From NCBI GenBank assembly GCA_030145085.1, contig JAQYWG010000004.1:1-48480 (forward strand): a stretch of DNA of 48,480 bases. The letters run 5' to 3'. This DNA comes from Thermodesulfobacteriota bacterium (GTDB lineage Bacteria > Desulfobacterota > BSN033 > WVXP01 > G020346125). The translations under genes were made by a program, and so were the position numbers. The notes beneath the pieces were generated by a model that was given only the letters and a program-made list of their open reading frames with translations, did not search any database and was not told where the DNA came from. Shown piece after piece: positions 7,908 to 19,425 of this stretch (position 1 is its first letter; each line of letters begins with the position of its first letter).

Positions 7908-8795
7908 TCACGATCTGGGATGGTATCGAGCATGGATCTTCTTCAACCTTTCCCGGGTCACGTGGGTGTAAATTTGAGTCGTGGAGATATCCACGTGTCC
8001 CAACAAGCTCTGGACTGACCGCAAATCCGCCCCACCTTCCAGGAGATGGCTTGCGAAGGAATGTCTGAGGGTATGGGGGGAGATGGTCTTCCGAATCCCA
8101 GCCATAAGGGCGTATTTCTTAACGGTCTTCCAAAAACCCTGCCGGGTCATTCCCTTCCCCCATTGGCTCACGAAGGCAAGTGGACTCCGGTTGTTCCCGA
8201 GGAGCATTTTGCGGGACCCCTCCAGATACCTCTTTAGCCAATGGAGAGCTTCTTGGCCCATGGGAACAATCCTCTCCTTGGCCCCCTTGCCCATGACGAC
8301 CAGATATCCCGCCTCAAAGTTAATATTATTCAGGACTAAATTGGTTAACTCGGATACCCTCAACCCCGTCGCGTACAGTACTTCCAACATGGCCTTATCC
8401 CTCATCCCGATGGGATTGGAGGGGTCGGGTTGATTCAGCAGTGAATCGACTTCATCCAGGGAAAGTACTCCCGGTAGGGATCGGATCGTCCTCGGGGATT
8501 CCATATCCTCCAATGGATTTCCTCGCAGTACCCCCTCATCGGCCAACCACCGATAAAATCCTCGCAAAACGGAAATAGATCTGGCCACCGTTTTAGAGGA
8601 AAGGTCGCGTTTCCGCAAAGAGAGCAGGTAAGCCATCACCTCTAGCTTTGAAGTCTCTCCGATTTCGACTATGCCCAATCCCCCCAAAAAGCTCATGTAC
8701 CGAACCAGATCGCCGCTGTACGAATCGAGGGTGTTCTTGGACAGTCCTCTCTCAACGGTTATGTAGTTCATATAGCTATCGACCCATCTCTCCAT
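7908..8795 (-). CDS. xerD: Tyrosine recombinase XerD
   Basis: LYATGLRVSEL, HTLRHSFASHLL, LGH and TTQIYTHV motifs, HPRS C-terminus; 295 aa from ATG 8795. Confidence 0.92.
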   Translation of the reverse strand: MERWVDSYMNYITVERGLSKNTLDSYSGDLVRYMSFLGGLGIVEIGETSKLEVMAYLLSLRKRDLSSKTVARSISVLRGFYRWLADEGVLRGNPLEDMESPRTIRSLPGVLSLDEVDSLLNQPDPSNPIGMRDKAMLEVLYATGLRVSELTNLVLNNINFEAGYLVVMGKGAKERIVPMGQEALHWLKRYLEGSRKMLLGNNRSPLAFVSQWGKGMTRQGFWKTVKKYALMAGIRKTISPHTLRHSFASHLLEGGADLRSVQSLLGHVDISTTQIYTHVTRERLKKIHARYHPRS

Positions 8796-8826
8796 GAACA
8801 GCCTTTTAAGCTTTTCACTTACGTAT

Positions 8827-9057
8827 AATGATCTCGTAAAAAGCCATAAATCAGACGGCACAGTAAAAAGCTCCAGATGCAAGGCGCGCGAAACTTTAGG
8901 AATGAGGCGTACCTACTAGTACGCTGCAGTGACTAAAGATGAAGCGCAACGCCGCCTTTCGGCTTCGCTCAAGGCCGTGAGCCTGTCGAACGGCCTTTCG
9001 GCTTTGCTCAAGGCCGTGAGCCTGTCGAACGGCAGATGGACTTTTTACGAAGCCGTC
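8827..9057 (-). mobile_element. Composite TIR-bounded intergenic repeat, copy B
   Basis: ATGATCTCGTAAAAAGCC ... GACTTTTTACGAAGCCGTC; two REP-like units; inverted relative to copy A. Confidence 0.88.
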
Positions 9058-9061
9058 ACCT

Positions 9062-9523
9062 TTAAAGACCGGTGTGGCCAAAGCCACCTTCTTGCCTACG
9101 GCTTGTAGGCAGTTCATCAACCTCCTCCAATTCGGCCTTATATACCCTGGAGACCACAAGCTGTGCAATGCGCTGCCCGGTTCTGATGGTGATGGGTTTC
9201 TCGCCGTGGTTAATCATGAGAATTCCAATTTCCCCTCGGTAGTCGGCATCGATGGTCCCGGGGGTATTGACCAGCGTCACCCCATCCCTCATGGCCAGAC
9301 CGCTGCGAGGCCTCACCTGAATCTCGAAGCCATCGGGAATTGCCACAACGAGCCCCGTAGGAATCAACCGCCTCTGTCCTGGAGCGATGAGCACATCTTC
9401 ATCCAGAAAGGCATGGATGTCCAGTCCCGCTGCGTGTTCGGTCATATAAGAGGGCAACGGTAATTGTTCGTTCCCCCTGAGCCTTTTGATCTTGATCCTT
9501 ACCAGGTGGGACCCCTCCCCCAT
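9062..9523 (-). CDS. dut: dUTP diphosphatase (trimeric)
   Basis: [24 protein letters not shown] and GGFGHTG motifs. Confidence 0.96.
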   Translation of the reverse strand: MGEGSHLVRIKIKRLRGNEQLPLPSYMTEHAAGLDIHAFLDEDVLIAPGQRRLIPTGLVVAIPDGFEIQVRPRSGLAMRDGVTLVNTPGTIDADYRGEIGILMINHGEKPITIRTGQRIAQLVVSRVYKAELEEVDELPTSRRQEGGFGHTGL

Positions 9524-9535
9524 AGCTTTTCCTCC

Positions 9536-10795
9536 CTATCCAAAGCTCAACAGGTCTCGGGTGAGCTCCGTTTTCTCGATAGGACCCAAAACCGTTAGAC
9601 AGAACAACTCCTCTCGGAAAAGGTCCTGAGCCAATTGATTAAGCTCTTCCGAGGTGACGCCTTCGATCCCTTTGATAACCTCCTCAATGGGGATATATCT
9701 CCCGAAGTAAATCTCGTTTTGGGCCAAACGGGTCATCCAGCTATCCGAACTTTCCAGGAATAGGAGTAAATTTCCCTTGAGTTGTTCTTTAACCCGCTTC
9801 AGCTCTTCCTCATGAATCATCTCCCTTCGTAATTTATCGAACTGTTCCATGATCAATCGAATAACCTCCTTCAATGATCCTTTCTCAGTTCCCGCATATA
9901 CCACCAGTTGGCCCGCATCGTAATAGGCCGGCCTATAGGAATATACTGAATAGGCGAGGCCCCGCTTCTCCCGGATCTCCTGAAAGAGATAAGAGCTCAT
10001 GCCCCTTCCCAGAAGGGTATTGAGGATATAACTGGCAAATCGCATGGAATGGGTTTGGGGAATGCCTTTGGTGCCCAAACAGAGGTGAACCTGTTCCAAA
10101 TCCCTTGGAAACACCCCGATTCGGGGACTGGGCTCCGGGGATTTTCCTTTTCCCAGCTCCACCCTCTCGTGTAACCCACCGAATTTATCCTCGATCCGCT
10201 GGATCACCTCCGCGTGGTCAAAACTGCCAGCCATGGATATAATGAGGTGGTTGGATCGATAGTGATCATCGAAGTAGCGGCAAATGGTCTCTCGATCGAA
10301 GGAACTAACCCGCTCCTTCTTTCCCACGATGGGGTACCCCAGGGAATGCCCCCCCCAGAAAACCTGATTAAACAGGTCATGGATATAGTCATCGGGCGTA
10401 TCCTCCACCATTTTAATCTCCTGGAGGACTACGTTCCTTTCCCTTTCGATCTCATTGGGATCAAAGATAGAGTTCAAAAAGATATCTGAGAGGACCTCGA
10501 GGGCAAGGGGGCAATGTTGATCCAACACCTTTGCGTGAAAACAGGTATACTCCTTTTCCGTAAACCCATTGAGGACGCCCCCCACCGAGTCGATCTCTTT
10601 GGCTATATCGTGGGCGCTTCGACTCTCCGTTCCCTTGAAGACCAGGTGCTCAATGAAATGGGAAATCCCCTTTTCCTCGGAATCCTCTTCGCGCGATCCC
10701 GTAGTGATCCAAATCCCGATGGAAATCGACCTGATATGGGGGATGTTCTCCGAGACGACGCGGACTCCATTTTTCAGGACGGTCTTTTGATACAT
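9536..10795 (-). CDS. M16 (pitrilysin) family zinc peptidase
   Basis: Inverted zinc motif HFIEH; EIREKRGLAYSV; usual position between pnp and dut. Confidence 0.93.
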   Translation of the reverse strand: MYQKTVLKNGVRVVSENIPHIRSISIGIWITTGSREEDSEEKGISHFIEHLVFKGTESRSAHDIAKEIDSVGGVLNGFTEKEYTCFHAKVLDQHCPLALEVLSDIFLNSIFDPNEIERERNVVLQEIKMVEDTPDDYIHDLFNQVFWGGHSLGYPIVGKKERVSSFDRETICRYFDDHYRSNHLIISMAGSFDHAEVIQRIEDKFGGLHERVELGKGKSPEPSPRIGVFPRDLEQVHLCLGTKGIPQTHSMRFASYILNTLLGRGMSSYLFQEIREKRGLAYSVYSYRPAYYDAGQLVVYAGTEKGSLKEVIRLIMEQFDKLRREMIHEEELKRVKEQLKGNLLLFLESSDSWMTRLAQNEIYFGRYIPIEEVIKGIEGVTSEELNQLAQDLFREELFCLTVLGPIEKTELTRDLLSFG

Positions 10796-10811
10796 CTCCT
10801 AAAGTGAGTTC

Positions 10812-12917
10812 TCATTTTTGATTAGTCTCTTTATCATACCCCTGTTTCAGTGCCGCCTTGCGACTCAACCGAATTCGACCATTGGGTTCGATTCCAAGCA
10901 CCTTCACCAACACCTCATCGCCTTCTTTCAGGATATCCGAGACGCTCTCCACGCGGTGCTCTGCAAGCTGCGAGATGTGAACCAACCCGTCGGTTCCCGG
11001 AAAGAGCTCTACAATGGCACCGAAGTCCAATATTCGCTTCACATGGCCCAAATAGAGCCGGCCCACTTCCACCTCCTGGGTGAGCCTCTTGATGATCGCT
11101 ATAGCCTCTTCGATGGCTTCATGACTGGGCGATGCGATTTTGACCAGATCCGGGTCCTCGATTTCGATCTTGACCCCGGTTTGGTCGACGATACTCCGGA
11201 TGTTCTTACCTCCGGGACCAATGATATCCCGAATCTTGTCCGGTTTCACCTGAAGAGTGATGATCCTCGGAGCGTGCCGGGAAAGGTCCTTCCTGGGTTC
11301 TGGAATCGTCTCCCGCATCTTTTTTAGGATATGGAGCCTTCCCTCCTTGGCCTGGCGTAAGACTTGCCTCAGCAATTCTCGGGTCAGACCCGACCCCTTG
11401 ATGTCCATTTGCACTGCGGTTATTCCCTCCTGCGTTCCGGCTACTTTAAAATCCATATCACCAATGTGATCTTCGTCGCCCAAAATATCGGAGAGAACAG
11501 CCACCCTGTCCCCCTCCTTGACCAGTCCCATGGCAATCCCAGCAACGGTATCGGTGGTCGGAACCCCCGCATCCATAAGAGCAAGCATTCCGCCACATAC
11601 CGTCGCCATGGAAGAGGATCCGTTGGACTCCAAAACCTCGGAAACTACCCGAATGGTATAGGGGAATGTGTCGCTGGGAGGCAGAACGGGTAGTATTGCC
11701 CTTTCGGCTAGGGCCCCATGGCCGACCTCCCTTCGGTTTGGTGACCTGAGGGGTGAAACCTCACCGACACAAAAGGGAGGAAAATTGTAATGGAGCATGA
11801 ACGATTTATAGCTTTCCCCGCTCAGCGAATCGATCTTCTGTTCATCGGATGAGGTCCCAAAGGTGGTGACGGCCAATACTTGCGTTTCACCTCGGGTGAA
11901 AATGGCCGACCCGTGAGTTCGGGGAAGAATGCCTACCTCGCAGGAGATGGGCCTGATCTCAGAAAGGTCCCTTCCATCTATTCTTCTTCCCTCGCTCAGG
12001 ATCATCCCCCTGATAAACTGCCTTTCCGTCTCCGCGATGACCGCCCTGACTTCCACCCCGAACTCTTCATCTTCGCCAGCAAATTTCTCCATTGCGGCCT
12101 CGAGGATCTCTCCCAACCTTCGCCTCCTTTCCAATTTCCCCGAAATGGCATGGGCCTCCTTTATTTTGGGAAGGACAAAGGAGTGAATCTGCTCCCCCAC
12201 CGCCTCATTTCTCCCGGGCGTAAATTCAGTCTTACCGATATTCAACTCATCCCTCAGCCTCTCTTGTACTTCGATCACACCTTGGAGATGATCATAGCCG
12301 AAGAAGATAGCCTCCAGGATATCGTCTTCATTGCCCACCTGCGCGCTTCCTTCGACCATGATTACGCCATCTCGATTTCCCGCCACCAGGAGGTCCATGT
12401 TGCTCATCTCCAACTCGCTATTGGTGGGATTACATTTGTATTCCCCGTTTATCCTTCCCACCTTTACTCCCCCAAGGGGACCATTGAAGGGAATATCCGA
12501 GACCATCAGAGCTGCCGAAGCCCCGATCATCCCTATGGCGGCGGGATCATTCTCTTGATCTGCGGACATGACGGTGGCGATAATCTGTGTTTCCCTGTTA
12601 AAACCCTTGGGGAGAAGGGGTCGTATGGGACGATCGATAAGCCTCGAAATGAGGGTTTCTCGGTCGCTGGGCCTCCCCTCCCTCTTGAAAAAACCGCCGG
12701 GTATGCGACCGGCGGCGAAGGTCATCTCGAGGTAGTTCACGGTAAGGGGGATAAAATCTATGTTCTTTCTCTCCTCCTCGCTACATACAGCGGTTACCAG
12801 GACTATCGTCTCTCCGTACTGAACGGCCACCGCGCCATTGGCCTGCTTTGCTATTTTCCCCGTCTCAATGGAGAGGGTTCTGCCGCCAAATTCAATAGAC
12901 ATTTTCCGTTCCATCAT
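10812..12917 (-). CDS. pnp: Polyribonucleotide nucleotidyltransferase
   Basis: Two RNase PH cores (RLIDRPIRP, ESNGSSSMA, GDMDFKVAG), KH domain (IIGPGG) and S1 domain. Confidence 0.98.
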   Translation of the reverse strand: MMERKMSIEFGGRTLSIETGKIAKQANGAVAVQYGETIVLVTAVCSEEERKNIDFIPLTVNYLEMTFAAGRIPGGFFKREGRPSDRETLISRLIDRPIRPLLPKGFNRETQIIATVMSADQENDPAAIGMIGASAALMVSDIPFNGPLGGVKVGRINGEYKCNPTNSELEMSNMDLLVAGNRDGVIMVEGSAQVGNEDDILEAIFFGYDHLQGVIEVQERLRDELNIGKTEFTPGRNEAVGEQIHSFVLPKIKEAHAISGKLERRRRLGEILEAAMEKFAGEDEEFGVEVRAVIAETERQFIRGMILSEGRRIDGRDLSEIRPISCEVGILPRTHGSAIFTRGETQVLAVTTFGTSSDEQKIDSLSGESYKSFMLHYNFPPFCVGEVSPLRSPNRREVGHGALAERAILPVLPPSDTFPYTIRVVSEVLESNGSSSMATVCGGMLALMDAGVPTTDTVAGIAMGLVKEGDRVAVLSDILGDEDHIGDMDFKVAGTQEGITAVQMDIKGSGLTRELLRQVLRQAKEGRLHILKKMRETIPEPRKDLSRHAPRIITLQVKPDKIRDIIGPGGKNIRSIVDQTGVKIEIEDPDLVKIASPSHEAIEEAIAIIKRLTQEVEVGRLYLGHVKRILDFGAIVELFPGTDGLVHISQLAEHRVESVSDILKEGDEVLVKVLGIEPNGRIRLSRKAALKQGYDKETNQK

Positions 12918-12960
12918 CTCTTTTCATCTCCCTATTTTACGTTTTACGGCCTCCCTGGCT

Positions 12961-13230
12961 CTATCCCCGAATACCCAACCTTTCGATAACCGATCGGTAT
13001 CGCTCAATCCCCTTCTTTTTGAGGTAGTTAAGCAAGCGTCTCCTCTGCCCGACCAATTTCAAGAGCCCCCGTCTCGAGTGGTGATCCTTCTTGTGTACCT
13101 TAAAGTGTTCTGTCAGGTACCTAATTCGCTCCGTAAGAAGGGCAATCTGAACTTCAGGTGAGCCCGTATCTTTATCATGGACTCGATACTCCCCGATAAG
13201 TTCCCTTTTCTTCTCCGCCTCAAATCTCAT
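12961..13230 (-). CDS. rpsO: 30S ribosomal protein S15
   Basis: [13 protein letters not shown] and KDHHSRRGL motifs. Confidence 0.98.
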   Translation of the reverse strand: MRFEAEKKRELIGEYRVHDKDTGSPEVQIALLTERIRYLTEHFKVHKKDHHSRRGLLKLVGQRRRLLNYLKKKGIERYRSVIERLGIRG

Positions 13231-14180
13231 CTTATCCCTCCCGCGTTTGCATGAAAGACCCTAAGCAATCTAAATGCCACCGCTTCCTTCTCCACAGGTC
13301 CCCCATATCCCATCTCCGCTCGGGCAATGGCGATCAAATCTCCATCGGATGAAATAACTCTGACCGGTTCCCCCATGTCAATTCGAGGAAATGGAGATTC
13401 CTCGATATCGCTTACCAGGATCTGCCTTCCCCGTTGGATTTTCCGCTGCAATTCCCCCTCAACACGGAGCTTCGGTAATCCGCCCAGCACTTGACTTAAG
13501 GGAATAATTTTCCCTTCGATCATCCCCCCTTCCGCCAGGACCTCCACCTCGCGAAAGGGGACCGCGTCTTTAAGGGCAAATGGACCGCTTCTGGTCCGAT
13601 GTAACTTGGAGAGGTGTGCCCCGCATCTCAATTCCCTTCCGACGTCATGGGCAAGGGCTCGAATGTAGGTCCCCTTTGAGCAGGCGACCTTAAAGGAAAC
13701 AAAGGGAAAACCAATGTGGGTAATCCCGATGTCCATTATCTCCACCACCCGGGGTTCCCTTTTCACGCTAATTCCCCGCCTCGCCAATTTATAGAGGGGC
13801 CTCCCCCGGTGTTTCACAGCGGAGAACATGGGTGGAACCTGTTCTATTCGACCGACGAATCCCCTCATAACGCCCTTGACGGTCTCCTCGTCCACCCGAA
13901 ACCCATCCAAATCCCTGGCCGCGGTAATCTTTCCAGTCCTGTCATACGTATCCGTCTCCACTCCCAGCTTCAGCACGGCTTCGTATTCCTTCTGGTCCTC
14001 AGCCAGAAAGGGAATTGTCTTCGTCCCCTCATTTATCGCCAAAGGAAGAACGCCACTGGCAAAGGGATCCAAAGTGCCTGTATGCCCCACCTTCTTGATC
14101 CTCAGCCATCTCTTTACCTGCCGAACAACACCGAAAGAGGAGATTCCGGAGGGCTTATCGACCACTAAAATCCCGTCCAT
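13227..14180 (-). CDS. truB: tRNA pseudouridine(55) synthase
   Basis: [20 protein letters not shown] and CSKGTYIR motifs. Confidence 0.97.
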   Translation of the reverse strand: MDGILVVDKPSGISSFGVVRQVKRWLRIKKVGHTGTLDPFASGVLPLAINEGTKTIPFLAEDQKEYEAVLKLGVETDTYDRTGKITAARDLDGFRVDEETVKGVMRGFVGRIEQVPPMFSAVKHRGRPLYKLARRGISVKREPRVVEIMDIGITHIGFPFVSFKVACSKGTYIRALAHDVGRELRCGAHLSKLHRTRSGPFALKDAVPFREVEVLAEGGMIEGKIIPLSQVLGGLPKLRVEGELQRKIQRGRQILVSDIEESPFPRIDMGEPVRVISSDGDLIAIARAEMGYGGPVEKEAVAFRLLRVFHANAGGIR

Positions 14181-14187
14181 TATCTGC

Positions 14188-14559
14188 CTATCTGCCCTTT
14201 TCGTCCTCTAATTTCTCGTCCTCGTTGATCTGATGAATCAGCTCTGCTAATCGGCTCATATGCTCCAACGAAGGATCAAAGCTGAACACGATATCGGGGA
14301 CATACCGAAGCCTGAGCCTTCTACCCAGTTCTCTCCGCACAAAACCCTTGGCACTATTCAGCCCCGTCAGCGAATCCGCTCTTACCGATTGATCGCCCAA
14401 CACACTGAAAAAGACCTTTACAACGCGGAGATCCTTTGAGACCTTAACCCTGGTAATGGTCACAAACCCTATCCTCGGGTCTTTGATCTCTCTCAAGAGC
14501 AAACGGGAAATTTCTTCCTTAATGGCCCCCCCTACCCTGTTTGGCCGCCTGTTGTCCAT
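14188..14559 (-). CDS. rbfA: Ribosome-binding factor A
   Basis: IKDPRIGFVTIT and LRYVPDIVF motifs; operon position. Confidence 0.96.
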   Translation of the reverse strand: MDNRRPNRVGGAIKEEISRLLLREIKDPRIGFVTITRVKVSKDLRVVKVFFSVLGDQSVRADSLTGLNSAKGFVRRELGRRLRLRYVPDIVFSFDPSLEHMSRLAELIHQINEDEKLEDEKGR

Positions 14560-14577
14560 TCCTTAATTTCCAAAATT

Positions 14578-14806
14578 GACGGCTTCGTAAGAAGTCCATC
14601 TGCCGTTCGACATGCTCACGGCCCTGAGAAAAGCCGAAGGGCCGTTCGAGATGCTCACGGCCTTGAGCAAAGCCGAAAGGCTGTGTTGCGCTGCATCCTT
14701 CGTCATTGCAGCGTACTTCTCTGTACGCTCATTTCTCAGGATTTGCGCTCCTTGCATCTGGATTTTTTTTCTTTGCCGTCTGATCCCGACTTTTTACAAT
14801 GATGTC
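14578..14806 (+). mobile_element. Composite TIR-bounded intergenic repeat, copy C
   Basis: GACGGCTTCGTAAGAAGTCC ... GACTTTTTACAATGATGTC; two REP-like units; lies between ylxP and rbfA. Confidence 0.88.
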
Positions 14807-14816
14807 AAAATTCATC

Positions 14817-15104
14817 TCAAAAATTGAGTATTTCCAATTCGCTATGGGCGATATGAACGATATTCATCGCCTCGATGAAATTGACGACTCTATCCAAATA
14901 CGAATTGATAAATTTCCGATCGTTCCCTACCAAGCTCATTCCCAGTTGGGACCTCTGCCATAATTCGTTATCGCCCACCTCTGCGATGGAGATGTTGAAG
15001 CGATTCTTTACCCTGTCAATGACCCTCTTAATCACCTGACGCTTTCCCTTAAGGGAGTGGTTCTCCGGAATAATCACATCCAGATGACAAATGCCCACAA
15101 TCAT
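14817..15104 (-). CDS. DUF503 (YlxP-like) protein
   Basis: SLKGKRQVIK and FNISIAEVGDNELWQR; typical position after infB; alternative start GTG 15113. Confidence 0.9.
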   Translation of the reverse strand: MIVGICHLDVIIPENHSLKGKRQVIKRVIDRVKNRFNISIAEVGDNELWQRSQLGMSLVGNDRKFINSYLDRVVNFIEAMNIVHIAHSELEILNF

Positions 15105-15134
15105 TCTCTTCACCCAACGGGGAATACCCGAATC

Positions 15135-17588
15135 CTAGAGGGTGGAAGGAATCTCTTCGTACTCGTAGGATTCGATGACATCTTCCTCCTTCACATCGTT
15201 GAAATTCTCGATGCCAATCCCGCATTCATAGCCCTGCTGAACGTCCTTGGCGTCTTCCTTGAAACGCTTAAGGGATGTAATTCTCCCATCGTGAATAACC
15301 ACATCATCCCGTATTAACCTGATCCTACCCCCTCTAACAATTTTTCCATCGATTACAAAGCTTCCTGCAACAGTTCCTACCTTGGGTATGTTGAAAGTAG
15401 CGCGAACCTCTGCCCTGCCCAAGATCTTTTCCCTAAGGGTTGGTTCCAGAAGGCCTTCCATCGCTTTCTGGATGTCGGATACTGCGTCATAGATCACACT
15501 ATAGGACCGTATGTCGACCTGGTCCTGCTCGGCCAGCTGCATAGCCTTCAATCCAGGCCGAACGTTGAATCCGATAATGATAGCACGGGAGGCCATTGCC
15601 AGATTCACGTCCGTTTCGCTGATTCCCCCAACGCCTCCATGGACGATATTCACCCTCACCGAATCGGTCGAGAGCTTTTCCACGGAATTGCCAACGGCCT
15701 CCATGGAACCCTGGGTATCGGCCTTAACAATCATGTTCAATTCCTTTACTTCGCCTTCCTGAATTCTCGCGTAGAGCTCCTCCAATGATACCTTGCTCGA
15801 ACTGGCGAGTTCCTTTTCCCTCTTTTTCTGCTGCCGATACACCCCTATCTGTTTGGCAATCCGCTCGTCATCCAATACGACGAACGCTTCCCCCGCCTCT
15901 GGAAGCCCCGTGAACCCCACTACTTCCACCGGCATCGCAGGACCGGCATCTTCGATTCTTTGGCCTCGGTCATCCATCATGACCCTGAGACGACCATAAT
16001 TCATCCCGCTAATAAAGGAATCCCCAGTCTTTAGTGTTCCCTCTTGGACTATAACCGTAGCCACAACTCCACGGCCTCGATCCAACCTCGCCTCAATGAC
16101 GGTTCCCCTTGCCAATTTGTCGGGGTTGGCCTTCAATTCTAATACCTCCGCTTGAATCAAGATCAATTCCAAAAGCTCGGTAATGCCGATTTCTTGTTTT
16201 GCCGATACTTCGGCAAAGATGGTTTTCCCGCCCCATTCCTCCGGGATTAATTCATGTTCCGCCAGATCCTTTTTGACCTTATCCACGTTGGCATTGGATT
16301 TATCGATCTTATTGATGGCCACGATGATAGGGACGTTAGCGGCCCTGGAATGGTTGATGGCTTCAATTGTTTGGGGCATAACACCGTCATCCGCTGCAAC
16401 CACCAATACTACGATATCCGTTACCTGAGCACCCCTGGCTCGCATCGCCGTGAAGGCCTCATGGCCGGGGGTATCGATAAACACGATACGACCAGAATCT
16501 AATTGTACGTCATATGCGCCAATATGTTGCGTAATGCCTCCCGCTTCATCCTCAACCACATGGGTTTTTCTAATGGCATCTAATAGTAAGGTCTTTCCAT
16601 GATCAACATGTCCCATGATGGTCACCACGGGGGGCCTCAGCTTCAACTGCTCGGGGGAATCCTCCTTTTTCTCCAGGAAATCTCCCCTTTCCAGGGAGAC
16701 CTTTTCCACTTCGTAATCAAATTCGCTCGCGACGAGGGAAGCTAAATCGGCATCAATGGTCTGATTGATGTTTACGGCGGTACCCAGCTCCATCAATTTC
16801 TTGATCACCTCTCTGGCCTTTACCCCTATCCGCTTCGCCAGCTCCGAAACCATGATGACCTCGGCAACTCGAATGACCCTTTTGATTGGTTTGGGGGTGG
16901 TGATCACGGTCTTCTTCGAGACTGCAAACTCGACCTTCTTCCTCGGCATCTTGACGGGTTTAACCACCCGCTCCCGAGGTCCACGAGGATACCTCTTCTC
17001 CACTTCCAGTTCCGCTTCCTCGACAACCCTCCTCTTCAACATCCGTTTTTTCGGGAGACGCGCTCCCGCTCCTTCTTCCGCTATCTTCGGCTTTTTCTTC
17101 TTAACCTTGACCTTAGCCTTCTCCTCTTCTTCCTCGACTTCTGCCGGTTTCACCCCCTCTTGGGCGGCGGGCATAACCTCCTCGGGTGGCGCCTCCACAA
17201 CCTCCTCACGGATCTCTTCGGCTACCTCCACGGTCCTTTCCCCCTCCATCTCTTCCATGGGAGGAGGCACGATTGGCTTCTCCTCTTCCAAAACCTCCAC
17301 AAGCTCTCCCTGCGCCGCCTCTTGGGCCTCCTGTTGAACCTCTTCGAGGATTTTCTCGGGCTCCTCTACGGCCTTTGCCCTTCTCCGAATCACTGTTGGC
17401 TTAACCCGTTTCTCGACGAACTCGGCCCCTTCCTCATCCCTGACAACCCTCTCCATCGCCCCCCACGGGGTTCCCTGCTCCGCCATCTCCTCATCCTTTA
17501 CCTTCACTCCCATCTTCTTGAGCTTGGCGAGGAGTTTTTCCTTCTCCAACTCCTCTTGAGCCACATCGAGAACCCTTATTTTGGCCAT
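15135..17588 (-). CDS. infB: Translation initiation factor IF-2
   Basis: [16 protein letters not shown] and NKID G-domain motifs; C-terminal GYECGI; GGAGG-like RBS before ATG 17588. Confidence 0.98.
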   Translation of the reverse strand: MAKIRVLDVAQEELEKEKLLAKLKKMGVKVKDEEMAEQGTPWGAMERVVRDEEGAEFVEKRVKPTVIRRRAKAVEEPEKILEEVQQEAQEAAQGELVEVLEEEKPIVPPPMEEMEGERTVEVAEEIREEVVEAPPEEVMPAAQEGVKPAEVEEEEEKAKVKVKKKKPKIAEEGAGARLPKKRMLKRRVVEEAELEVEKRYPRGPRERVVKPVKMPRKKVEFAVSKKTVITTPKPIKRVIRVAEVIMVSELAKRIGVKAREVIKKLMELGTAVNINQTIDADLASLVASEFDYEVEKVSLERGDFLEKKEDSPEQLKLRPPVVTIMGHVDHGKTLLLDAIRKTHVVEDEAGGITQHIGAYDVQLDSGRIVFIDTPGHEAFTAMRARGAQVTDIVVLVVAADDGVMPQTIEAINHSRAANVPIIVAINKIDKSNANVDKVKKDLAEHELIPEEWGGKTIFAEVSAKQEIGITELLELILIQAEVLELKANPDKLARGTVIEARLDRGRGVVATVIVQEGTLKTGDSFISGMNYGRLRVMMDDRGQRIEDAGPAMPVEVVGFTGLPEAGEAFVVLDDERIAKQIGVYRQQKKREKELASSSKVSLEELYARIQEGEVKELNMIVKADTQGSMEAVGNSVEKLSTDSVRVNIVHGGVGGISETDVNLAMASRAIIIGFNVRPGLKAMQLAEQDQVDIRSYSVIYDAVSDIQKAMEGLLEPTLREKILGRAEVRATFNIPKVGTVAGSFVIDGKIVRGGRIRLIRDDVVIHDGRITSLKRFKEDAKDVQQGYECGIGIENFNDVKEEDVIESYEYEEIPSTL

Positions 17589-17645
17589 TACGTTTCTCCC
17601 CCTCCGATTTAAAGCCAATGATGACCTTATCTGTCCGCCTTTTTC

Positions 17646-17921
17646 CTAACCTTTCTGGGGAATGGTTTCAATAGATTTTCGCAAGTTCTCATCAATGACT
17701 ACCCTTTTCCTAAAGGCATTGGATATGGCCTTCGCATTAAGGCCTATTCGAAGGCAACGATCGTCATTACAGAGATAAGCTCCCCTGCCGGACATCCTTT
17801 GCACCACATCTACTACCACACTCCTTCCCTCCACAGAGACTAGCCGGATAAGCTCATCCTTTCTCCGTCTCTTACGACAACCCAAACATCGCCTCAGGGG
17901 AGTGTGACCGACTTTAGTCAT
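17646..17921 (-). CDS. YlxR (DUF448) family protein
   Basis: PLRRCLGC...GRGAYLC...C; lies between nusA and infB. Confidence 0.9.
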   Translation of the reverse strand: MTKVGHTPLRRCLGCRKRRRKDELIRLVSVEGRSVVVDVVQRMSGRGAYLCNDDRCLRIGLNAKAISNAFRKRVVIDENLRKSIETIPQKG

Positions 17922-19392
17922 GAGCCGCCTTTCCGTCAAAGGCCGAGGCCTCCCTCACCAATTTCTCCGCTTTCTTCATCCCAATCCCGGGAATCGAGGA
18001 AAGAAACCCTAAATCGGCCTTTGCCAAATTCCGAATGGTCTCGATCCCTTTGGACATGAGAAGCGCCGTCGTCTTTTCCCCTACACCCTTCAAATCGCTG
18101 ATGGGTGGAGATCCTCTCTCCCGATCTTCCTCGGCATCCACCTCTATCCCTTCCGCCTCGACTTCCACCATTTCCCTGGCAGCCATTACGATCTTCTGGG
18201 CATTTTTTATGCCAATACCCGATAATCTCGCCAGTTCCTCCACTCCTGAATCGGCGATTTCCTTTACCGAAACAAACCCTTCGTTGTAGAGGATCCGAGC
18301 GATCACCTCTCCCACATGGGGAATTCCCCTCAGCCCTCCGATGGTTTCCTCCGAAATTTGCTCCATTCTGGACTCGCTCTTGATGTCGATCCTGTAACCC
18401 GTGAGCTTTGACGCTAATCTCACGTTTTGTCCTCTTTTTCCAATGGCCAAGGAGAGTTGATCATCCTCAACCACGATCTCCATGTTTCTGTTTTCCTCGT
18501 CGATGTAAGCCCGGGATATTTTGGCAGGAGCCAAAGCATTGCTCACATATTTGGCAATATCTTCGGCGTAAGGGATGATGTCAATCTTTTCACCTCGGAG
18601 CTCTTGGACAACGCTTTGGACCCTGGAACCCCTCATCCCCACGCAAGCCCCCACGGGGTCAACATCCTTATTGGTGCTATAAACGGATATCTTTGCCCTC
18701 TCCCCTGGCTCCCTCGCTGCGTCGACGACCTTGATAATTCCCTCTGAAATCTCCGGAACCTCCATATCAAAAAGCTTGATCAACAGTCTCGGATGGGTCC
18801 GAGAAAGGAAAATTTGGGGTCCCTTTGACGATCTTTGAACGTCCAAAATATAAGCGCGGATGCGATCACCCTGTCGATATACCTCACCCCGTACTTGTTC
18901 TCGGGACTGCAAAATCGCCTCAGCCCTTCCCAAGTTTATATAGAGGTTCCCCCTTTCGACCCTTTGAACGTTCCCCGTCACAATCTCTCCTTTTCTATCC
19001 TTATAGTCATTGTAGATGTTATCCCTCTCCGCGTCACGGACCCTTTGGATGATGACCTGCTTGGCCGTCTGCGCGGCTATCCTTCCGAAGGCACTGGTGT
19101 CCAGCTTAACTCCCAAACTGTCCCCGATCTCCGCATCCGGATCAAGTTGCCTCGCCTCGTCCAGGGATATTTGGGTGTAGGGGTCCTCCATCTCTTCCAC
19201 CACCTCCACGAATTGGAAGAGTTCGACCTCTCCAATCTCCTCATTATAGTGGGCCTCCATCAACCTCTGGGGCCCGAACTTTTTCCGAGAGGCCATCAAA
19301 ACCGCATTTTCCAATGCGTCGATAATTACATCACGCTCGATTCCCTTATCCTTTCCCACCTGTTCGATGATATAGTTTAGATTTTGAGACAT
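17914..19392 (-). CDS. nusA: Transcription termination/antitermination factor NusA with C-terminal HhH repeats
   Basis: FGRIAAQTAKQVI, DPVGACVGMRGSRV and AIGKRGQNVRLA motifs. Confidence 0.97.
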   Translation of the reverse strand: MSQNLNYIIEQVGKDKGIERDVIIDALENAVLMASRKKFGPQRLMEAHYNEEIGEVELFQFVEVVEEMEDPYTQISLDEARQLDPDAEIGDSLGVKLDTSAFGRIAAQTAKQVIIQRVRDAERDNIYNDYKDRKGEIVTGNVQRVERGNLYINLGRAEAILQSREQVRGEVYRQGDRIRAYILDVQRSSKGPQIFLSRTHPRLLIKLFDMEVPEISEGIIKVVDAAREPGERAKISVYSTNKDVDPVGACVGMRGSRVQSVVQELRGEKIDIIPYAEDIAKYVSNALAPAKISRAYIDEENRNMEIVVEDDQLSLAIGKRGQNVRLASKLTGYRIDIKSESRMEQISEETIGGLRGIPHVGEVIARILYNEGFVSVKEIADSGVEELARLSGIGIKNAQKIVMAAREMVEVEAEGIEVDAEEDRERGSPPISDLKGVGEKTTALLMSKGIETIRNLAKADLGFLSSIPGIGMKKAEKLVREASAFDGKAAHD

Positions 19393-19425
19393 CGAGTCTC
19401 CTCCCCTTCTCCCTTCTATTACCAA

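Noticed and set aside
7908-8795. Tyrosine recombinase as the integrase of a mobile island
   Set aside because: Size, motifs and conserved context fit chromosomal XerD; no att sites or cargo genes seen
11880-12989. 369-aa plus-strand ORF
   Set aside because: Antisense shadow of pnp with no recognisable domain
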